DNA of 63,948 nucleotides, filler included, from Platydemus manokwari (Eukaryota): NCBI GenBank assembly GCA_037951405.1. It is 6 parts of 6 records of this genome, joined end to end, with 100 filler letters (N's around TTAATTAATTAA, not from the genome) between each part and the next. Parts side by side here need not be neighbours in the genome. Positions count along the whole stretch, not along the records: positions 1 to 15,303 come from JBBMOY011308094.1; positions 15,404 to 26,325 come from JBBMOY011057745.1; 4 more parts are not named here. One strand, 5' to 3'. Shown piece by piece: positions 10,235 to 22,518 of this stretch (position 1 is its first letter; each line of letters starts with the position of its first letter). The notes under the pieces were generated by a model. It saw only the letters and a program-made list of their open reading frames with translations, ran no database searches and was not told where the DNA came from. The position numbers and the translations under genes were made by a program.

Positions 10235-13200
10235 TTAGTTATTGAAAACTATCGGTTTGGATTTCCTTTTGAGGGGATTTTGACAAATTTTGATTGTTGA
10301 ATCTTTCCCGTCTGGCAATTTCATTTTCATTTTTACGCACCTTTTCGAGCTGCAACTATTGTTATTCCTACATGGACCGCTGATGCCTATCTCTCCGTAT
10401 TTATAACCATCTTTAGCACAGAATTTAAATTTTCCATTGAAGTAACAATAACGAGAGTAGCATTGCCAATCTCGTGAACAAGGTCCACCACCACCAATCT
10501 AATATTATCAAGAATGAAATCAGATATCACTAGATAATTACTTTTCCTAGTTGAATTGACTCTTTGGCACAGAAGCTCTCATTTCCAACTTTTACGCAAT
10601 AACCAGAGAAACACGAGTGATGATTCCTACATAGACTACCTTCTCCGATATAACCTAGTTTCTGTGTCGATTCCTGAACACAGTAACCGGTTCCATTTGT
10701 CTTGTGGCAAAAATTCGAGGCACAATAGAAATCATTTAAACATGGGCCTCCTCCTCCAACCTTTCCGCGAAATTTCGAATCTTTAGCGCACACTTTTTTC
10801 TTTGCATCCACTCTGCAACAGTAGCGAGACACACAATGAGCATTATTTTGACAAAATCCACCCCCACCAATGTAATTGTAAAAACTAGAGTCTTTGGAAC
10901 AGTGACCAATCTGGTAAGATTGTAATAAATAATATTGACATAGTATTACCTTCTCAATATTTTCTTTCACACACAATCCAGAAAAACATTCGAAATTTCT
11001 TCTACAGGATCCACCACCACCAACTTTACCTTGAAATTTAGATACTTTGGAGCAAACCTTTATAGGTCCTAAGTTGGCACACACACCAGAATAACACATT
11101 GCATCGTTAATACATTGACCTCCTCCACCAACTAACTTCATTATTGGTGAAACTTTAGCACAAAACTTTTGTTTTCTCACAGTGTCATTGACACAATAAT
11201 TGGAGAAGCATTGTGAATTTCTGAAGCAACGACCACCACTGCCTACATAGGAAGGTTTTCTCGATTCCCTAGCGCATACTTTTTGACCTCGATGCTTAAA
11301 ACAAACCCCTGAAATTAACATTAGATTAGATTAAGATTAGGTTTATACGTCGCTTTCATTTCTATTTAAATCTATAATTGAGAGATAACGGAGAGATAGA
11401 TTCTGAGCAATGAAGAATAGCAGTGTGAGCACCAATATGAAGAAATTTTATTATATTTTCTTCAATATGAGCTCATAATAATGATGAATGAATGATTTTG
11501 TATATCTGCCCACATCTAATGATATAAACACTTAATCTATTATCAGTCGTTAATAACGAATGAAACTAAATTAGACTTCTTCTCGAGCAAATAAAACTTC
11601 ATTTATCGCACTTCTGAAACTGTCAAGATATAAAAACCAGTGTTTATTCTTTTGTACACGCTTTTTGCGAAAAGATGAACATTCTACATTGTTTTTCGAT
11701 GCTAAATGCTTACAAAATATAAGCGTTTAAAATTTTACAAGCTTTGAGATAATAAATAATTATCTCAAAGATATGCAGCCGAATACGGTTATGTTTTCAA
11801 TTGGATCCCTTCGATCAATTTAAAATCCAAATTCTAGACAACGAAAGAGTAAACGATAGGCTAACAACAATAACAAAGCCGCCATCACTCAATAAGACTT
11901 TATCAGATGACTATCATGATCAACGAACCGCTAGCTATCACAATTTATGATTAGTCTCTCATCACGGTTCTACACCACGCATATCAATATGATAGTGAAC
12001 TAACAAAGAAAAACAGTATCTTTCAATCTCAATTGATTTGCACAACTTTGATTGTATTATTATTTATCAATAAGTTGTCTTCATTGATGTTATTTATTTA
12101 TCCTTAAATCGAAAATGTAATTCTTGTTCAATAATAAAGTTTTCGAATAAAATCTTTTGTTGTCTGGTTTTGTGGGAAGAATACGTAACTGAATCATTTT
12201 GATTGACATACCAACAAATTACATTATAAGATGGAAATGTTGAACAATCGGTAGATAAATTAAATCAATCCAATATTAAGCCTAAAATGAATTCCAACCA
12301 ATCAAGTTAGTAAATCAAAATAAAATTCAAGGTAATGGGGTCATCGGAAATACTCAACCTGGCTCACCGAAATCTCACGTTATCGCACCAGAAGCAATAT
12401 TCGGACAATCGACATTTTCTGCTACTGGCGCAAAAATTAATTCAGAAAATTTACTTGTGAATAGACAGATACATTCAGTCAATTCTTTAACATTATTTAA
12501 CTTACGAGTACGTTTATAAATACCGACACTTTCAGTATTGATCATAATTTATAAAATTCTCATTCCACTAATTCGATGAAAAACATTTATTAACATTATT
12601 CACAAAATAAATTGTTGGCAAAAATAATATTTGCTATTGGTTTTAAAATCAACTTAGAGTTTTTTCCACAATTCTTCGTTTTGATTTGGTATCAAGAAGT
12701 TCAACGGTTCTTTGTAATTTTTGACAAAGTTACTTTTACGTTATGATACTCATTTTTAAATTATTGTAAACATTTTTTATAATTTATTCTATTTGGATTT
12801 TAAAAATAACTTATTTAATTTAATTAGTAGTTCAATTTTATGAGAGTATAAAACAAAATTATATTATTTAACCTGAATATTATCGATAATAATTTATTGT
12901 TAATACCCTGTTCACGAATCATCGGAACATCTTATACAATCCATCAGTAGACATGTGGACCAAATTATTTATTCAAACTTATAATTTAGAAGTCAATTTA
13001 GAAGTCAGGAAACTCTGAAAGAAATTTGAATTGAATAAATAGTAATGATAGTCTTTTTTTCTGTTTTTATTTTACATCTGTATAGCATTTCGGGTTTGAA
13101 CTTTTACAGATATAAATTTCAAGACAACATGGTCCAAGTATAGAGTGACATGTTTATGGGAAACTCGCAACGATATGGTTTCATATCAATCATTTATCGC

Positions 13201-14264
13201 ATGCATTACAGTGATGTTAAAATCGCAAATTAAGTTTGAGAAATATATTTCAATAATTTTCCGGAGAATCTCATGGGACAATTATGACCGATTAGACATG
13301 AAAAGATTAAATGTTGAGAATGATGATGAATTATTATGCTTCATTTTGTCATTATTCGAATTGAAACAATTGATATCGATTTCGGCATCAAATTAATTAT
13401 GATCATTCAACCGAATTCAATAAGTTACATGGATTACTTGTTAATAAATTATGATCAAATTTAAAATTATTCATTTAAATTAGTCAAAAATATTTTGCAA
13501 AATAAATATTTGTCGTTTCTACGTGTAGTCGACCAATATTTAAACTTTTCAAAATATTCGACTTGAAATTATTTATGGGTCAAATAATAACCCACATCTC
13601 AAGAATTGACAAAACCCCATAAAAGATTATTCGAGAAATAAATTTTTCAATTAAAGATTCACCTGAATAGCACTGATCACTAGTTTTACAAGGACCACCT
13701 TGACCGATCTTGTCAGGTATTCTAGAATCTTTACTACAATGCTTTGTCATACCAGCGACTTGGACGCAATAACCAGAATAACATTGATCATCTTCTTTAC
13801 ATATACCTCCGCCTCCAATCTTTCCCTGAACATTAGAATCTTTTGCACAAAATTTCATATTGCTGTCCGGTTTAACTGGAACACACAATCCCGAATAACA
13901 GTTGCTGTCTTCGAGGCATCTGCCTCTTTCAGCAACGTAATTTCTAAATCTTGATTCCTTGGAGCAGAATTTAAAGTTGCCCATTTTCAAGCATAATCCC
14001 GAATAACATTGATCATCACTTACACAAATACCACCTTCGGCAATGGTTTTACGGCCAAATCTAGATTCGGGTGAACAAAACGAACGTTTTGAGACCTTGG
14101 AACAGAAATTGGACGAACATTGAGAATCTTTTTGACAACGATATCCACCCGGAAGACCAATTCCCATTGCATGATGGATACCTACATTAATGTCATAGAA
14201 AGACTCACAAAAATAATTTACTTATAATCGCTCCAACGAATAAAAGTACCACTATAGCATTCAT
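10235..14264 (-). CDS. Secreted cysteine-rich tandem-repeat protein (517 aa, 13 repeats of a 4-Cys module)
   Basis: Exons 14264-14222, 14181-13663, 11308-10950, 10910-10542 and 10498-10235. All introns are GT-AG and phase-consistent; total 1554 nt = 518 codons. N-terminus MNAIVVLLFVGAIISIHHA is signal-peptide-like. Repeat consensus (I/V)GxGGxCxxxxxC(Y/F)SxxCx7-10C(S/A)K(D/E)S. Confidence 0.9.
11787..12460 (+). mobile_element. Possible LTR plus start of a decayed gag inside intron 2 of the Cys-rich gene
   Basis: ~400-bp segment with imperfect inverted ends (GGTTATGTTTTC / GAATACGTAACT) and two AATAAA near its 3' end. It is followed by a gag-like 'APEAIFGQSTF..YWRK' fragment. No clear TSD or PBS. 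Confidence 0.3.
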
Positions 14265-15303
14265 GATAAAAATGATTGTATTTACTATTACCAGGTTATT
14301 ATGTAAAAGCTATTGAACTTTGAATATTCACTTGAAATGACAAGAGGTAAATATTCTCTCTATAATAACAATGATTGACTGTTAAGTTGATGATAGGATC
14401 AGTGAAAAAATATTTACCATTTTTAAACTGCTTATCTGCAACATTTTCAGGACTAACAATGCCATTTATTAATTTAATTTTTAAATTAGGGAGTTGCAAG
14501 TAATCAAATAAGACGACTTCATCCTGTTTCGCCTGTAAATTGTATTAAATGGTGGGAAAAGTATTATTTAACTTTATTATACTTTGAAATTCAATTTCAC
14601 AGCTATTTATATCGTATTATCAGTATGGGTGTTTGAATAACCCTAGAACTAACAGATTACATTACGAAACTGTTAACACGCCATGTAATTTGAGTAGATT
14701 TAAATAAAGATATAATTAGACGAATCTGATATTAAGAATTAAAATAACTAACAATTTATATATTAAATAATTTGTCATCTATCATTTTGATGAGTTTTAG
14801 TGTTAAATTAAATACCGACTCAATCTAATGACCTAAACAATTTTATCATAATTGACAAACTGAGATAATGTTTTTTTATAATTTTTATATTTATTTAAGA
14901 TAAGTTATTAATATAATAATATTACCTATTTAGCTGTTATTTATTTTAGAGAAGAGGGTTTGTCAGAAGCCAGTACAAAAATACAAAATTTTGTACTAAT
15001 AACTCACATACTTTGACAAAGTTATTGTTTCGTTAAACATCTTTTCTTGGTTCTAATAGTTTGAGCTTAAGTTAAGAAAAGGGGCCCTTCGATTTTTGCG
15101 CATGAGATAATTTATAAGTTAATTTTATATATAATCGCGATCTTTGATTTTTTCCTATGATTCAGTTAATATCTCACTTTTTAGTATGTCTAATATGAAC
15201 AAAAAAGGTTTTAAGCTAAGTTCTTATTCTAATCACAACACTTCTATCTTATTATTTGAGCCTTTAAATTTAAATTTTTTAATTATAAATCGAATTAGAT
15301 AAC

Positions 15304-15403
15304 NNNNNNNNNNNNNNNNNNNNNNNNNNNNNNNNNNNNNNNNNNNNTTAATTAATTAANNNNNNNNNNNNNNNNNNNNNNNNNNNNNNNNNNNNNNNNN
15401 NNN
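15304..15403. other. Artificial contig linker
   Basis: N44-TTAATTAATTAA-N44, which places stop codons in all six frames. Confidence 0.97.
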
Positions 15404-15845
15404 GAATAAAATCCCATTGTTCACCAAAACATATATAAGGCAGTAAAACATCATATGCCTTCGAACCCGCCTGTTACAAAGAAAGCCCTTTAATACCCTG
15501 AAACCACTAGAATAGTGTTTTGTGAAGATTCATCAACAAGAAATTAGATTTTGGCGTCAAAGCCGTCAATCTCTCTGCAGCCGTTGTTCCAGCATATACC
15601 CTTTAATTTTATAGGGAGAGTATTTAATAATACTATCTATCCGAAGACGAGATCACGTAAGAATAGTTACTGTAAAATCAATATATCCTTCTTTATCTCG
15701 CATATTCTTCATATTTATCGAGCCGAGCTCGGAAAAACCTCTGAAGAAACGGACACTGACCCAATATCACGAAGGGTAACTGTTTTGTCCAACATCTGCT
15801 TCCATCTGCTTTGCACATAGAATTAGTCCAGCGTTTGAGTGTATA
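15404..15845 (-). mobile_element. Decayed LTR-retrotransposon integrase C-terminal fragment
   Basis: Minus-strand 'TLKRWTNSMCKADGSRCWTKQLPFVILG' matches the W..xLPxVxLG segment after the rve core; 'LRIDSIIKYSPY' lies downstream. Confidence 0.45.
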
Positions 15846-16169
15846 TAAGTAGCATTAAAATTGTATATAGTATTGTATATTGTATTCATTGTAATAATAA
15901 TTTCACAGTGAAAGCAGTAATTTATAGCTCCATAATTGTATAAAAGTAGTACTTGGTGTATAATTGTGATAATAATAAACATTCATAACCCAAAATCGAA
16001 TTGACTTGCTGAATTGTTAATTGACATAAGGTATCATAAATTCACATAGTTAAACATCAGTATCATTCATCACCGATTTTGGAATAATTTTGTTGAGAGA
16101 ATAAAATAGAGACTGATAAAATGAGTGAAGAAAGTAGTGATAAAATAAGAAAGATAAAGTTAAAATTCA

Positions 16170-16510
16170 AATATCGATTTCTACGCCGATCCACATATCT
16201 CCATATAAGAAGTGATCGTTGAGGCGAACAAATAATCAAAATCATAAGGTTTCACTGCTACCTGAGGGTCAATAACGGACTCAGAGCACTGATTAGTCGT
16301 AGAATCGATTAATTAAAACAAACAATTAATAAAACAGAAAAAGAGAGTGATCCCAAAACTCAACAAAGATAATAATAAATCGTTATCTACACCATTCTAC
16401 TTATCTTCATATGAGTTGAGAACGTCGAGGCGAAGGAATAACAAAATATTTAGGTCAAAATACTACCTGAGGGTCAAAACTGACTCTGAGGCCTGATATC
16501 GATCATAGTT
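16170..16510. repeat. Diverged two-copy tandem duplication (~205-bp period)
   Basis: Conserved blocks CGT.GAGGCGAA, CAAAAT, CTACCTGAGGGTCAA and GACTC.GAG occur in both copies. Confidence 0.7.
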
Positions 16511-16786
16511 ATCGTCATAGATATCGATCAAGTTAAATTAGAATTAAAAAAGAAATAAAAGAAGTGACCTAAGACGTATCAATTATATGTATCTAAATAT
16601 AATTATTTTCTTCCCCAGGATTTGTAAAATTTTATTTGCGTCCATTTCATTGTTTGTTAAATATTTTGCAATGTTCATTTTATTAAACCTTAATATTTAT
16701 TTTAATTTTTAATCTTATTTAATTAATTAAATTATTCAAAAAAGTTTAATATTCTGTTTTTAAAGAATTTGTTAGTTTAAAATTAG

Positions 16787-18596
16787 AGAAATCGATTCTT
16801 TTGCACAACGAGCAGTATTGTCTTTCCGTGGTTATTTGGATTTATATACTACATCTTTAATTCGAAAACCTATGGAAACTAATGATACTAAAATAAGAAA
16901 AAATCAAACTCAATATATTTGGGCTGAAGAAAGTGTCTTGATTAGTCATTTATTAATTACAATTGGAAAACGGGAATTACCTGCAATCAAATCATTTTTT
17001 GATTCAAAATTCAAATTTGAGAAATATCGTTAGATTTAGTTTAAATGTATCTTTAATTAAAATCACAGTTTTTATACCTACATAATTTATTATTTATATA
17101 CAGTATATATGAAATATTTAAAAAGCAAGTATTTCTTTCAGAAATACAGATTTATACTACGTCTCTTAGTAAAATCATAATAGAGACATGATAGATATTA
17201 TTATTGCAATTTTTCCTTTCAAGGGATGTTTTCAAAGAACTACGTTTAATTTTAGCATTTAATTTTTTTTTGAATTTTTAAATAGTTAGTTTTTATAAAA
17301 TATTGTCGAATTATTTTAATCGAAATTTTCAATACCTAAAGTGGTTAATCAAAATTTCTTTTGGAAATAACATTATTTTTTTTCTAATAATTATCAACAT
17401 TGTTAATTCGTTTCATATTGTAAATTATGATGAAATTTAATTTTGCTGATGATAGTGATTCAAATTAACCACAATATATTGCTAAAAATTTGAATAATAA
17501 TTTAGTAGTGTAGCTGAAACCTGCTATATAGCTGAAGTTATTCCATCAATATATGAATCCTTAGCATTGATTATATCGTAGGTCGAATGCTTATATATTT
17601 TAGATAAAAATATGGTAATTTAAATAACGGAGTTTGAAACTTTATTAAATTTCAAAGAATTACTTGGTATTGATACATCTTGAGTACTTGTAGTTTCACT
17701 TAGTGCAATCTTGTGTGAATTCTCGGAATAGACTTTTTCCTGGCAAGCAGATGCGATTATCCCCAGTTAATGTACTTTAGCTTTTTAACTACGTTACTGA
17801 TGAGGATCTGTTGCAATCTCGATTCTTTTTACTGATTGACATTGTGATTTCTTTGTGTCAATATTGTATTCATTATATGATTGTCTGAATTCACCATTTT
17901 CTTGGTATCACTGACTATTTTCATTTCATATTATTAAATTTTACCAGCATTTGTAATGTTTATCACGTATAATAATTTTTGTGATCTTTTTCATGCTGAG
18001 TATTGAGATTCTATATTGCTAATGTATCTTACATAATGTTTTATTTCATAATAGTTTTACATATTAAAGTATTGATTACTAGCCTTTCCAGTTTAAAATT
18101 TACAGTTTAAACCAACACATCTAAATATTGTTGAGAGTTAATTAGTTTTATCAATTTCAATTTATTTTATTTATTAATCAACTTTATTTTACTATGTATA
18201 AATTTTAAAATGAATAATTAATCAATAAATTTTTAAACAATATTTTGTGATAATTTTGACTTTTAGAAAATTGTGTGGCACTTATATATCAAATATCAAC
18301 AAAACTAGGCTTAAATTGGTGGGATCTTGGTATACATTTGGGAGTAACAGAAACAAGACTAGATTCTATTAGACTTCATTTTCAAAGCAAAGGTTTAGAA
18401 AAAATGGCTGAACATATGTTATTATTTTGGTTAAAGGGATGCGAAACACATGAAAACAAAGTAACTTTCATTTTATTAGTTATGAAATTATAATTTTTAG
18501 TATGAGCTTTTGAAAATTGCTTTAAAAGCTTGTGGACGATTGGATATTATTGAACGCTTTATCAAACCAAAAAACAATCTTATTTTTGGATGTTGA
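16787..18596 (+). CDS. Death-domain protein, DTHD1-like, 3' three exons only
   Basis: Exons 16787-17028, 18267-18460 and 18501-18596, phase-compatible. Death domain 'LIYQISTKLGLNWWDLGIHLGVTETRLDSI...AEHMLLFW...LLKIALKACGRLDII'. Upstream 'EIDSFAQRAVLSFRGYLDLY' resembles the EVDxF...(Y/F)(K/R)G...Y segment of DTHD1. The 5' exons were not found. Confidence 0.75.
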
Positions 18597-19350
18597 AAAA
18601 TCATTAATTCAATATATTTATATCAGTAAATCGGATTCTTTGATTTTCACTTGTATTTTAAATTAGAGTATTTAGATTTTGGTAAGTTTTGTACTTTAGA
18701 TATGTTCTAATCTTAACCGAATTCCAAATTTCCATAGAGATTTTACTATCAAGATTCTAGACAGCAATATTTTTTAAAACTAATAAAAACAGCAACAAAT
18801 TATTTGTTTTTGTTAAATAATACTTTATTTATACTATTTGAATTTGAATACATTTTTGAAGACTTTCTAATCTACTTATTAGCAGAGATTCCTTATTATA
18901 GGAATCTATTATCCAAATCTTTGTCACGCAGCATTTCCTTTCAAATGATATAACAATAATTCAGTAATATATTTCTTGAAATTAAAAAATGATTTTATAC
19001 AGGTTTCATGCATTGTTAGATTTGAAAATAATTCTAATTTTGTGCTTTAAATCAAATTCCAATTTAAAGAAGGTAAAGAGATACAAATGAGCAGAACCTA
19101 GATTTTGCTGTTTTAATAATTCTTTTTTTAATGGGTTTTTCACATCAGCTAACATTAATATCATGTTTTTTATATAAAAATCTAAAATCATATAATGTTT
19201 CACAATTAAATTTATTCTAAATATCTTGAGTTATGTGAAAATCTTCTGAAACTAAATTTAATTTATTATTAAAACATTCAGTTAGATAAAAATGAGTTTT
19301 TGTTTTAATATTGAAAGAAACTCGTGTGATTTTTAAATAAATAAATTTTA

Positions 19351-19740
19351 ATGGATGCGATTGATGTTTTTACTGGCAACCACGCCGAAATAAACGCTCT
19401 AACTAGAGCCAAAAGAGAATAGAGGCAAAATTTTTTTGCAAATCTATCCCGAAGCGATCATTCTTCGATTCATCAATCCAAGACGCTGAAAAATGGTTTC
19501 AAACAACCAAAGATTTCGCCACATTTAATCAAATGGAGCTATCCTTGCATTTGACATACTGTTGAGAGATGACGCCAAATAAGTGTGGCAAAAGAATTCA
19601 GCAGTTTCATAGAAGTTGTTTCAAATGATGATACCCTAACAGACGATGAAAATAATGATTTTAACTCAACTGACGATAAAAATATCATGACAAATTCAGA
19701 TGTATCGGTACCAAATTCGGATAAATACGTACGCATATGT
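19351..19740 (+). mobile_element. Decayed Gypsy-type gag remnant
   Basis: 'FFDSSIQDAEKWFQTTKDFATFNQME..AFDILLRDDAK*VWQ' has the retrotransposon gag pattern (DAExWF, LLxxxAxxW), with stops and frameshifts. It may extend to a PPT-like AGGGCGGG-TG at ~20233-20242. Confidence 0.5.
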
Positions 19741-20789
19741 GATTGTAAATAAAAGTAAATGCTTATAATCCAAAAATAGAGATGCGCACTGACAAAATAT
19801 TCATAACTAAATTGAGACAGAAATCATATTTATATAAAATTATTCATAAATTCATCAAAATATTCATAACTAAAATAAAACAAAAATTATTCATTACTTC
19901 ATTATTAATATACAAATTAATTACCAAACGAAAGCAAAACATTTCCAGTTGTGGGGAAATCATAAAATAAATTCCACGCGATGGTGATGGACAGTTGGGT
20001 TGGCTGTTGGTTCTGTTGAATTCTTTTCACTTCTAAGATACTCAAAAAGACTTCCCGGTTGTCGAGATAATCTTGGAATAAAAAAAATGAAAATCAAATA
20101 TTAATAATAAATAAAAGAAAAACAAAAATTTACCCCATATATCGAAGAACTCTTCACTGGGTGTCCAACCGCGGCACCAGGAAACCACGATTTCCTGAAG
20201 CATAAGCTGCGGTATTCTGTAGATAAATTAATAGGGCGGGTGAATGAATGAATGAAATTACAAGCAATTTTAATTAAATTTATATTTTTACCAAGCTTTA
20301 TGAATTTAAATGATATGAAATTAGAAATGCTAAATATCTTTCAGCGATGCCATTAGTTAGTTTATTATTGAATGTTGACAAAGCTTATTTTAATTCATTT
20401 AATATTTATGATAATTTCATATATAAAAATAAGTAAAAAACATATTATAAACGAAGAAAAACCATCTCTGGATAAAAACAGAGAAAAGAAGAGAAATGAT
20501 AGAGCACACACATAAATTACTCTGTCAAGCAGGAACTGAGAAGGTCACATAATAGAGTACTATTAAAGAAGTACTATACATAATATAATATATAAATATT
20601 CGTAATAATTATATATTGTTCATATCTATTTGACTAAAGTAATTTATGATTTACATGTTTCTACCTTTAATAATTTATGATTCGCACTTAGTATTTGTTG
20701 TTTTTTTGTATTTTTATTCTTTTTAGTCCGTTTTATTACTGCTTTTATAATACATGTATTTTAAAATATAAACGTTAGAATAATAAATA

Positions 20790-21500
20790 TAGGGATCGGC
20801 AAAACAAATTTCTTTTTACACGCCGATGAAATTTTATTAAAATCTAAAAAGAATACAATTTAAAACATTTATTTGTGAAAATTGCATGTGCAATTACACT
20901 AAAAGTGTTAGGAAACCAAAACAGAGTGAAAACTTAGTCTCCATCAGCTTCAACGACATTCTGGCGGTTACGTGTAAAATTTTGAAACTCGCTTGTGAGC
21001 TTGGCCTCCGATGTTGACTCCAAATATTGGTGAAAATCGTTGCTCACCTCTTCTGAATTACGGAATTTTTTTTCACGTCGGTTGGACTAACACCTATGCG
21101 ATAACCTAACCCAACCAAACACTGTTGCATTCCTTAAGAGATACGTCTCGAAGGTACATCCTTTTTTCATCAATCACACTGGTCTTTTCCTTAGCCTTTC
21201 TTGGTAGATAAACATTCAGCATTTCTTGACAGCAAGTGACTCTAATTCTCTTGTTATTACCCGTCAGAATGTGAGGAACCCATCTATTCCAAAGTGACTG
21301 CTTTCCAAGTTCTTGTTTCAATATGCGGTGAACACTAGTTTCTTTAATGTCAGTGACTCTTGAAATGATTGGACAGTTTAAGTGGCAATCTTCAATCATT
21401 TTACGCACAGTAATGACATTCTCTTTTGTAGTTCTCATTCTTGGTCTTCCTGAACTTTCTTTTAGCTCAAAGAGTGTTCGCTGTTCTCCAGCGAAGTAGT
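20790..21500 (-). mobile_element. Truncated mariner transposon
   Basis: 'SSGRPR', HTH 'ETSVHRILKQELG', mariner 'WVPHIL', catalytic 'DEK' and C-terminal 'VVEADGD*'. The 3' terminus TA|TAGGGATCGGC is at 20788-20800. The catalytic core is internally deleted and the 5' end is lost. Confidence 0.85.
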
Positions 21501-21976
21501 TGGTAATTTATTTAAATTTAAATCTTGAACTTTCCAGTATTGGTAATGATCTACCTTAGAAAATTTTCCCAAGAAAGATCTTCCTAGAAAATTTGAACTT
21601 TGATCTACAGATATTTTTTTACTGATGAAACCAAATTTTTATTTACAGAAAACACCACATAAATTTGAATACATAATTAGAAAGATATTATCATCACAAA
21701 ATCAGGTTATTATTAAATAATGTTAAAATCGCAAAATCAATTTCTTGTTAATTGTCAAAAATTATTTTGATTGATTTGACTGATTGGGACTTGCTGGTTT
21801 GACGAATTCGAAATTAAATTTTGGGATCACCATCGAAATTGAACTTAAATTTCTGTTTTTTTCGCGGTTTCAGTTTTTCAATTTGTATGATTCACCCTCA
21901 CGTTCATCATTTGCATTAATTATTTATTTCACCATAATTAATTCTTTCATTATGAATCCAAATTCCACTGCCGGTT

Positions 21977-22246
21977 TTATTTCTGAAACAATTCTTTGTG
22001 ATAACCTCGAATTCCATGATATTTATTCCAAAATCGCGAACCCTTAGTCTTGGTAATTTTGCCATCCATTAAAATTTTGTCCTCGTAATTTATTGCGGCC
22101 ACTGCCAATGAAAATCTGGACTTATTTGCATTCTTTGATGTGAGTTTTGCATCGAGGAACACCAGCCTCTCCTTGATTTCATTCCGACTCAATTTTTTTC
22201 TCATGAATGATTTCTTGTGTTTTGGATCAGTTGGATTACAATTCAT
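21977..22246 (-). pseudogene. Basic ORF fragment divergent to the Maverick-type polB, probably part of the same element
   Basis: 89-aa K/R-rich ORF head-to-head with the 22519 ORF; no recognisable domain. Confidence 0.3.
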
Positions 22247-22518
22247 ATTTGAAATTATCTGATGTGGCTGTTTATGATTAGATCGTATCTTTCAATCTTT
22301 CAACTGGTTTTTCACCGAACTTCATTACTGTCCACCCTGGTACACTTGCTGCTCTGATTTGAGTATTCTAGTCTTTTTCTAGGTTCCTCGTTCCACCTCG
22401 AATACTGTTTCATAACAACTATTAAATTTATTCCTTATCAAAAGTATGTCAATTTTTGTTAGAAGAATAGCCAACAAGAAAAAACAAAAAATAAAAATCC
22501 TATTCAAAAATCTTAAAA

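Noticed and set aside
17796-17826. CTGATGA followed by a small stem (hammerhead-like)
   Set aside because: No GAAA after stem II and no stems I/III. The same applies to the CTGAAGA at 270-277 (minus strand) and to 27947.
19925-20216. Possible two-exon minus-strand ORF (MLQEIVVSWCRGW...)
   Set aside because: No recognisable homology or further exons. It is equally explained as the antisense of the gag/zinc-knuckle end of the + strand LTR remnant.
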